Shown here: positions 56,367 to 63,124 of the stretch, in pieces
Layout of the letters: the number at the start of each line of letters is the position of its first letter
Numbering within the stretch: position 1 is the stretch's first letter
The notes under the pieces: model-generated
Seen by the model: only the letters and a program-made list of their open reading frames with translations
What the model was told of the DNA's origin: nothing
Database searches by the model: none
Translations under genes and position numbers: made by a program
Source: Acidobacteriota bacterium
GTDB lineage: Bacteria > Acidobacteriota > UBA4820 > DSQY01
Assembly: GCA_021778515.1 (NCBI GenBank)
Contig: JAJYCJ010000006.1
Span: 1-63,124 of the forward strand
Length of the DNA stretch: 63,124 bases
Reading direction: 5' to 3'

Positions 56367-57046
56367 ACCCGCTCCGGCCCTGGATCAAGATCTGCGGCAT
56401 CCGCACCGAGCGCGAATTGGAGCTCTGCGCGCAGGCGGGGGCCACCCACGCCGGGCTCAACGGCTGGCAGCGGAGTCCGCGCTTCCTTCCGCCCGAGCGG
56501 ATGGGCCGGCTCCAGCGCGCCGCCCGCTCCCTCGGCCTGGTGCCCGTCCTCGTCCTGTCCCCGCTGCACGCGGCGTCCTTCGCGCTGCTCGCCGGGCTCT
56601 CACCGGGCTGGCTCCAGCTCACGGCCGCCCCGGCCCCGCCGCTCAGGCGCGAGCTGGCCCGGACCGGCTGGCGCCTGCTCGAAGCCAGGCGGGCCCTGCC
56701 GGGCTCCATGCCGGCGCCCACCTGGGGCGAGGCGCTCCTGCTCGACGCGCCCGGCCCGGCCGCGGGCGGCAACGGACGCCGCTTCGACTGGAGCCTCGCC
56801 GCCTCCGCCCCGCGCCCCTTCCTCCTCGCGGGCGGGCTGGGCCCCGACAACGTGGAGGCCGCCGTGGCCGCCTGCTCCCCCGCCGGGGTGGACGCCGCCT
56901 CGGCCCTGGAGTCGTCGCCGGGGGTCAAGGATCCGACCCTCGTGCGGGCCTTCTGCGCGGCCGCACGCCGCGCATTGGCCACCGCCGCACCCATTTCTTC
57001 CGTTCCGACCATCCCCCTCAGGAGAGAGCTATGCCCTTCGATCTGA
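56363..57046 (+). CDS. trpF: Phosphoribosylanthranilate isomerase
   Basis: IKICGI, LLDA, GGNG..FDW, LAGGL.PDNV, PGVKD. Confidence 0.9.
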   Translation: MNPLRPWIKICGIRTERELELCAQAGATHAGLNGWQRSPRFLPPERMGRLQRAARSLGLVPVLVLSPLHAASFALLAGLSPGWLQLTAAPAPPLRRELARTGWRLLEARRALPGSMPAPTWGEALLLDAPGPAAGGNGRRFDWSLAASAPRPFLLAGGLGPDNVEAAVAACSPAGVDAASALESSPGVKDPTLVRAFCAAARRALATAAPISSVPTIPLRRELCPSI

Positions 57047-58263
57047 CGACGCAGCAGCGGGACTTCGGCCCCTTCGGCGGCCGCTTCGTGCCCGAGACGC
57101 TCATGGCCCCCCTGCTCGAACTGGAGGAGGCCTTCCGCGACGCCTGGGGCGACGCGGTTTTCCTCTCCTCCTTCCGGACCCTGCTCCGGGACTACTCGGG
57201 CCGCCCTACGCCCCTATTCCATGCCGAGAGGCTCACGGCCGCGGCGGGCCTTGGCGCCATCTACCTCAAGCGCGAGGACCTCGGCCACACGGGCTCCCAC
57301 AAGATCAACAACGCCCTCGGCCAGGCTCTGCTCGCCAAGCGAATGGGCAAGAAGCGCGTCATCGCGGAGACGGGCGCCGGCCAGCACGGCGTCGCCTCCG
57401 CCACCGCCTGCGCCCTCCTTGGCCTGCCCTGCACCGTCTACATGGGCCGCACCGACATGGAACGCCAGGCGCCGAACGTCGCCAGGATGCGCATGCTGGG
57501 CGCCCGCGTGGAGCCCGTGGAGTCGGGGGCCGCCACCCTCAAGGAGGCCATCAACGAGGCCCTGCGCGACTGGGCCGCCCACCCGTCCGACACCCACTAC
57601 CTCCTGGGCTCGGCTTTGGGCCCTCGCCCCTTTCCCGCCATCGTGCGGAGCTTCCAGTCGGTCATCGGCGAGGAGGCCCGCGGACAGTTCCTGGAGGCCG
57701 AGGGCCGCCTTCCCGACGCCGCCGTGGCCTGCATCGGGGGCGGCTCCAACTCCATCGGCCTCTTCTCCGCCTTCCTGCGGGACGAGGCCGTGGCCCTCGT
57801 GGGCGTGGAGGCGGGCGGCTCCTCACCGGAGCCGGGCCGCCACGCGGCCCGCTTCTCGGGCGGCTCGCCCGGCATCCTGCACGGCTGCTTCACCTACCTC
57901 CTCCAGGACCGGGACGGCCAGGTCCTGCCCACCGAGTCGGTGGCTGCGGGCCTGGACTACCCCGCCGTCGGGCCCGAGCACAGCGACCTCTTCCGCACGG
58001 GGCGGGCGCGCTACACGAGCGTCCCCGACGGCTCCGCCCTGCGCGCCTTCCACAGGCTCGCCGAGCTGGAGGGCATCATCCCCGCCCTGGAGAGCGCCCA
58101 CGCCGTGGCCTACCTCCTGGAGCGCGGGGCCGCCGACCTGGGAGGCGGAGCGCGGGTGCTGCTCAATCTCTCGGGCCGCGGAGACAAGGACATGGGCAAC
58201 CTCTCGCCCCCATCTCCCGAGTGCCCCGCCGCGGGCCCCGACGCCCACGGACCCTTCTGCTGA
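57031..58263 (+). CDS. trpB: Tryptophan synthase beta subunit
   Basis: [42 protein letters not shown]. Confidence 0.97.
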   Translation: MPFDLTTQQRDFGPFGGRFVPETLMAPLLELEEAFRDAWGDAVFLSSFRTLLRDYSGRPTPLFHAERLTAAAGLGAIYLKREDLGHTGSHKINNALGQALLAKRMGKKRVIAETGAGQHGVASATACALLGLPCTVYMGRTDMERQAPNVARMRMLGARVEPVESGAATLKEAINEALRDWAAHPSDTHYLLGSALGPRPFPAIVRSFQSVIGEEARGQFLEAEGRLPDAAVACIGGGSNSIGLFSAFLRDEAVALVGVEAGGSSPEPGRHAARFSGGSPGILHGCFTYLLQDRDGQVLPTESVAAGLDYPAVGPEHSDLFRTGRARYTSVPDGSALRAFHRLAELEGIIPALESAHAVAYLLERGAADLGGGARVLLNLSGRGDKDMGNLSPPSPECPAAGPDAHGPFC

Positions 58264-58273
58264 GGAGCCGCCC

Positions 58274-59134
58274 ATGAGAGAGCACGCCGTGACCCACGCC
58301 GACCCGCCCCCGTCTCGGAGCTCCAGGGAAGCCGGCCGCCTGGAGCGGGCGCTGGCCCCGGGCCGCGCCCTGATTCCCTACCTCACCGCCTTCGATCCCA
58401 CCCCCGAGGCCTTCCTGGAGGCCGCCGCCGGCGCCGCGGAGGGAGGCGCCCGGGCGCTGGAGATCGGCATCCCCTGCTCAGACCCGGTGGCCGACGGGCC
58501 GGTGATCCAGCGCGCCCACCAGCGCGCCCTGGCCTCGGGCGGATCGGTGGAGGGGACCCTTTCCCTGCTCGAAAAGCTTCGCGCCGAGACGGACCTCCCC
58601 GTCGTCCTCTTCACCTACGCCAACCCCGTCCTCGCCTTCGGCCTCGACCGCTTCCTCGTGAGGGCCCGCGACGCCGGGGCAGACGGCCTGCTCCTCCTGG
58701 ACTGCGCGCCCGAGGAGGAGCCCGCCTGGTTCGACGAGATCCGGCGCCGGGGGCTCGACCCCGTGGTCCTGCTCAGCCCCAACACCACCCCCCCGAGGGC
58801 CGCGCGCATCGCGGCCCTCGGGGGAGGCTTCCTCTACGTGGTAGCCCGGGAGGGCGTGACCGGCACGCACGGCCACGCCGGTTCGAACTTGGCCGCGAGG
58901 GTCGCCGCCGCGCGCGCCGCCTCCGCCCTTCCCGTGGCCGTGGGCTTCGGCGTGAAGGACCACGCCGACGTGGAGGGGCTCTGGTCCCTGTGCGAGGCCG
59001 CCGTGGTCGGCTCGGCCTTTGTCCGCCACCTCGAAAACGCCGGCGCCGGCGATCCTCGCCGCGCCGCCCAGCAGTTCATCCGGCAGCTCGCGGGAAGTCC
59101 CCTTCCCCGCGCCGGGAAGGAGCAGACCCCATGA
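58274..59134 (+). CDS. trpA: Tryptophan synthase alpha subunit
   Basis: LEIGIPCSDPVADGPVIQ, YANP, GVTG, VGFG, VVGSA. Confidence 0.95.
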   Translation: MREHAVTHADPPPSRSSREAGRLERALAPGRALIPYLTAFDPTPEAFLEAAAGAAEGGARALEIGIPCSDPVADGPVIQRAHQRALASGGSVEGTLSLLEKLRAETDLPVVLFTYANPVLAFGLDRFLVRARDAGADGLLLLDCAPEEEPAWFDEIRRRGLDPVVLLSPNTTPPRAARIAALGGGFLYVVAREGVTGTHGHAGSNLAARVAAARAASALPVAVGFGVKDHADVEGLWSLCEAAVVGSAFVRHLENAGAGDPRRAAQQFIRQLAGSPLPRAGKEQTP

Positions 59135-60210
59135 TCGTCAAGATGAGCCCCACCGCCTCCCCATCCGAACGCGGCGCCGTCTCCGAGGCCCTCGTCAGGG
59201 CAGGCTTCGAAGTCCAGCCCGTGGCCCTGCCCTTCGGCAGCTTCCTCGCCGGACTAGGCCCCGGCGAGGTCTTCGCCGGAAAGCTCCGCGCCATGGCCGG
59301 CGTGGAGTGGGTCCAGCCGGGCGAGAGCACCCCCGCCCTCGCCTCGCTGGAGGCCAACTCCGGCAGGACCACCGTCGCCATCGGCCCCTGCCTCGTGGGC
59401 GGCCCCGCCCTCGCCGTCATGGCCGGCCCCTGCTCCGTGGAGGGCCCCACGCAGGTGCAGACCTGCGCCCGCTTCGTCTCCGCCTACGGCGCCACGGTGC
59501 TCAGGGGCGGCGCCTACAAGCCGCGGACCTCCCCCTACTCCTTCCAGGGCTTCGGCCGCGAGGCCCTGGAGATGCTCCAGGAGGCGGGCCGCGCCGCCGG
59601 TCTGCCCGTGGTCTCCGAGGTGATGGACCCGGGCGACGTGGAGGCCATGGCCCCCTTCGTGGACTGCTTCCAGCTCGGCGCCCGCTCCATGCAGAACTTC
59701 CCGCTCCTCAAGGCCGTGGGGCGCACGGGTAAGGCAGCCCTCCTCAAGCGCGGCCCCTCCGCCGGGCTCGCCGAGTTTCTGCTCGCCGCCGAGTACCTCC
59801 TGCTCCAGGGCAATTCCAACGTCATCCTCTGCGAGCGCGGCATCAAGACCTTCGAGACGGCCACGCGCAACACCCTCGACCTCAACGCCGTGCCCATCCT
59901 GAAGGCGCGCACCCACCTGCCCGTCGTGGTGGACCCCTCCCACGGCACGGGACGCCGCGCCGCCGTCATCCCCATGGCCAGGGCCGCCGTCGCGGCCGGA
60001 GCGGACGGCCTCATGGTGGAGGTGCACCCTGACCCCGACCGCGCCCTCTCCGACGGCGACCAGTCCCTCACCCTCGCCGAGTTCCGCCAGCTCATGGACG
60101 AGATCGGCCCCGTCGCCGAAGCCGTCGGCCGCAGCCTCGCCGCCCCCCGCCAGGGCCTCCGCCAGACCGGCACCGGCCGCCGCGGCCTCGGCTGGGGCGC
60201 CGCGGGCTAG
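59131..60210 (+). CDS. aroF: DAHP synthase type I-beta with N-terminal regulatory domain
   Basis: AGPCSVE, RGGAYKPRTSPYSFQG, GARSMQNF, LCERGI, VDPSHGTG, ALSDG. Confidence 0.93.
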   Translation: MIVKMSPTASPSERGAVSEALVRAGFEVQPVALPFGSFLAGLGPGEVFAGKLRAMAGVEWVQPGESTPALASLEANSGRTTVAIGPCLVGGPALAVMAGPCSVEGPTQVQTCARFVSAYGATVLRGGAYKPRTSPYSFQGFGREALEMLQEAGRAAGLPVVSEVMDPGDVEAMAPFVDCFQLGARSMQNFPLLKAVGRTGKAALLKRGPSAGLAEFLLAAEYLLLQGNSNVILCERGIKTFETATRNTLDLNAVPILKARTHLPVVVDPSHGTGRRAAVIPMARAAVAAGADGLMVEVHPDPDRALSDGDQSLTLAEFRQLMDEIGPVAEAVGRSLAAPRQGLRQTGTGRRGLGWGAAG

Positions 60211-60224
60211 GCGAAGACGGGGGC

Positions 60225-60302
60225 ATTCACCACGAAGAACGCGGAGAACACGGAGGGAAGAGGGAAAAAAAGGATTCACCACCAAGGCACGAAGACACGA
60301 AG
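60225..60302. repeat. 9-bp-period intergenic repeats (CACGAAG/CACGGAG-like)
   Basis: attcac cacgaagaa cgcggagaa cacggag ... attcacca ccaaggca cgaagaca cgaag; related copy near 27555. Confidence 0.5.
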
Positions 60303-60598
60303 CGGGAGAAATGACAGCCTTATCTTCGCGGCCCTTCTCGAATACAGGATCTCCCGCTTTCACAGCGCCGCGGGAACCGCCGACAGGGGGGAAAGGGCCG
60401 CGCAAGGCGCCGCGTTGGTCCCCCCGCGGTCTGCGACACTCTCCTCCCCGCCATTCTGGTTAGCAGAGCGAGTCCAGAATCCGATTTCGCACAAGCCAGA
60501 ATGACGGCCCTGGCGCGTGCCGCTCCCAAGAGGCCCCGTAGACAACCGAGAGGGTGAGCATCCAGGGATCGCCCCCGCCTATCCCCTCGCCAGGCGCG

Positions 60599-61117
60599 CT
60601 AATGTTGTTGCCTTCGCCACCAATCCAGAAACTCTCTGCGGCGCTCAGAAAAGGGTTCGCCGACCTTGTCGAAGCACGGGTAGTATCCCTTCTGATAGCT
60701 TTCCAGCATGACAAGCGCCTGAAAGGCAACGCTGGTATCCACATCAGGGGTCTGCAAATATCCTGACGTGGTGGACGGGTATACATCATGGCAGCTGGCC
60801 TTTGAGTCCAGAAGCCCGATCAACTTAGGCACATCCGCTCGCTTGATCCAACCGACGTGCCTGCATGTAATGAAGCACGCACCAAAGTCGGAATCATTCC
60901 TTTGCAGAAAGGCCAGAAAGTCAAGCGGACCCTCGTGTTGCCAGTCGAAGCTACAATTGTCGTGATTGGGCACCAGCGGTACCCCGGGCTTGGGGCAATC
61001 GAGCGCGTGGCTTCGGTCCACAGAGGGCGGCCGCTTGGCCGCACATGAGCACTCCACCAACACCGCAGCAGCCATCAGCCCAAGGGCTATGACCGTTCTG
61101 ATTCGCACCTTCCACAT
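60599..61117 (-). CDS. Exported or lipoprotein-like hypothetical protein, Cys-containing
   Basis: GAGGAGG RBS; hydrophobic N-terminus followed by ECSC; lower GC than flanks. Confidence 0.65.
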   Translation of the reverse strand: MWKVRIRTVIALGLMAAAVLVECSCAAKRPPSVDRSHALDCPKPGVPLVPNHDNCSFDWQHEGPLDFLAFLQRNDSDFGACFITCRHVGWIKRADVPKLIGLLDSKASCHDVYPSTTSGYLQTPDVDTSVAFQALVMLESYQKGYYPCFDKVGEPFSERRREFLDWWRRQQH

Positions 61118-61272
61118 GGTCCAAGCCCCTCCTCATTTGGTTCACAGCTCCAGGGGGTTCACATCTATGCGATCGTACGCTGGGTGAGTCGCTGCGTCAA
61201 CAGGCTCGCGGCGAGGCTGAAGGCGGTGCCGACCAGAAAGCAGGCCACAGCCCTGTCATCATCTTGGCTACA

Positions 61273-62374
61273 TTACAAAGCACGCATATCCACAATTATG
61301 GCTCCCAAGAACGCGGCTGTGCTGATGCCCACCAGCGCCATGTAGAACCAGGCCGCCGGCCGTGCACAATTGAGCGTATACCTCGTGCCGCCTGGATACT
61401 GGACAAGGAGGGCCGGATCATCGGGGTTGTAATGAAAGGTTCGGCCGCATCGCCAGTTGGCCTCCTCGGCCTCCGGGCCACCGGGGAGGGTTCCGCCCGC
61501 CTGACGGACCGCTCGCTCCGCTGCCCGTAGTTGCAGCTGCCGCCGCATCCAGACCACCATGCTCCAAGCAAGTCCAAGCACCGTAGCCACGCCCCATGTG
61601 TCCCAGAGCCAATCGCACTCGGCAATTGGAAAAGAGACGGTTGGGGAGACTAACAGGAGCGCCCCCAGAAGACCGACCAGATAGTCGCCCATGATGAGCA
61701 TCACCAGAAACGCTCGTAGGACTCTCGACGCATACGTTCCCAGGTCACCCTCGACGTAGGTGCGGCGTCAGTGATGCGCTATGCCCTCCACCGTGAGGGC
61801 TGTAAGCACCGCAAACCCAAGGAAGGCAGCGAAGAACAACGTCCACTGGAGCGGCGATTTGGCTATCAAGTGGGTGGTGTCGCCTCTCCGCATTGAGGGG
61901 AGCATGGCGGGTACCACCGGCCATTGCCTCCACAGCAACGCTCCCGCTGCCAAAACCATGAGGGTGGGTACGGCAAGGACGACAGGGCGCCGGGCAGCCG
62001 CTCCGCGTGCGCCTTCACCTGGGCCTTGCGCACGGTGATGGGCGGGCTGAGGTGAGGCAGCACCTCCCTCCGCGATGAGGCCAGAACGAGAAGGTATCCC
62101 GGCGTGAGTGTCAGGTCGGTGACCCCAATCGCCCAGAATCCCCAGAACCATGCGACAACGGCTCCTAACAGTAGGCCGCAGCCGGTCAGGGCCATACGCT
62201 GGCGCCGATAGCGATTCAGAACGCCTGCGGCCGTATCGCCCCGAAGAAAGTCCTGCGAAGTGCGCACCAAGAAGAGTGCATCCGACCTCCCGGCATGGGG
62301 AATGATCCACATCGCTACCGCCGGGATGAGGACGTCGGCTTCGACTGCAGTCAGCGGGCCCAGGTTCGAGACAT
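61273..62374 (-). pseudogene. DUF1648/DUF5808-type membrane protein pseudogene
   Basis: ATG 62374 out of frame with the body; frameshift near 61965; in-frame TGA 61768-61770; C-terminal WRCG..HYNPDDPALLV...G..YTLN..RPAAW. Confidence 0.7.
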
Positions 62375-62381
62375 GACCTTG

Positions 62382-62798
62382 CTACCTCCTTCGGTCTGCT
62401 TCTTCCTTCCGGATGCGCTCGGATGCCGACCCGAGCACCTTAAGAATGCCTTCCACGGAGACCCCGCTGCTCCTTGCTTCGGCGAGAAGCTCGAACAGCC
62501 GTTTCTTGAACTGCGCCTCGACTTCGGCGTTGTGAGCCGGGGAAGGCCTCGAAAGGACGGTTGCCCCTCGCCGGCGCTTCAAGCTTATCCAGCCTTCTTC
62601 GGCCAGAATCCTGTACGCCTCGGCCACAGTGTTGTGATTGATCCCGAGCTCAAGAGCCATGCTCCGGACCGTCGGTAGTTGATCGCCTGCTGCGATGGCG
62701 TTTGAGACCAGCAGGGCGCGCAACGAGCTGACGATCTGCCGATGCAAGGGGGCAGAGGAGGCTACGTCGATTTCCAGAACAGGAGAGGAATCTGCCAT
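62382..62798 (-). CDS. GntR family regulator (YtrA-like)
   Basis: PLHRQI, GDQLPTVR..A..LGINHNTVAEAY..L..EG; short C-terminus. Confidence 0.92.
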   Translation of the reverse strand: MADSSPVLEIDVASSAPLHRQIVSSLRALLVSNAIAAGDQLPTVRSMALELGINHNTVAEAYRILAEEGWISLKRRRGATVLSRPSPAHNAEVEAQFKKRLFELLAEARSSGVSVEGILKVLGSASERIRKEEADRRR

Positions 62799-62852
62799 GA
62801 TCTCGTTCCATCGTCCCGGCGCAGAACCTATCTTCGCCCGAGGCGGACACAT

Positions 62853-62892
62853 TGTATGGCCAATTCATACATTATCGCCGCGTCGCTGTCAA
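62853..62892 (-). promoter_or_regulatory. Promoter -35 box and probable GntR operator
   Basis: TTGACA at 62887-62892 (minus); palindrome TGTATG-N7-CATACA 62853-62871. Confidence 0.6.
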
Positions 62893-63004
62893 GTTGGCCC
62901 CCATTGAGAAGGGAGCGCGCTGGGGCGGTTCAGCGTGGCGTGCGTGGAGGCCACAAAGAAGCACGCTGTGGCAAAGACTGCGGAGGCAGTGCTCTCCGCC
63001 CAGC

Positions 63005-63124
63005 TTACCGAAACTGCGGGGCGGGAATGAGGACCTTGGCGCTGAGGACGGCGGCCACGAGGATGGAGAAGAGGGCAACGGCGGTGAGCGCCAGCCCCCA
63101 GGGCTCGCGGATGAGCGGAGCGAG
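63005..63124 (-). CDS. 3' end of a membrane protein entering from outside the window
   Basis: LAPLIREPWGLALTAVALFSILVAAVLSAKVLIPAPQFR-stop. Confidence 0.55.
   Translation of the reverse strand, partial: LAPLIREPWGLALTAVALFSILVAAVLSAKVLIPAPQFR

Noticed and set aside
61768-61770. Selenocysteine or read-through TGA
   Set aside because: The gene has additional frameshifts and no redox motif context, so simple decay is more likely

Overview
High-GC bacterial chromosome segment (features tentatively suggest an Acidobacteriota-like organism). The left third (about 1-21.6 kb) is accessory DNA abutting the 3' end of a tRNA-Thr(CGT). It holds a 3091-aa Rhs/YD toxin whose barrel is interrupted by about 1200 aa of adhesin-type Ig-like domains (with a second insertion nested inside), followed by a translationally coupled membrane immunity candidate. 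Next come gene remnants and an integrase-less mobilizable element (excisionase-like HTH, phage-type replication initiator with iterons, MobC, relaxase). Two same-orientation modules of about 240 bp are bounded by tandem GTGGAGCGG arm-type sites, and a 659-nt ORF-less group IIC intron abuts one of them. An AAA_14/DUF4143 ATPase plus primase-helicase pair completes the island. The rest is mostly housekeeping: TatA with a Zn-ribbon tail, a cytochrome bd-like pair with fused c-type hemes, acyl-CoA dehydrogenase, thiG, signal peptidase I, an active/inactive transglutaminase-like pair, mdh with loop insertions, two-subunit fumarase, oxidoreductases, hslVU, a TetR-RND efflux operon, a REC-PAS-GGDEF-EAL protein, a trpEGDCFBA-DAHP synthase operon under a YWWY leader-peptide attenuator, and a GntR with a pseudogenised DUF5808-type partner. 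All family assignments come from motif recognition by eye; no database searches were run.
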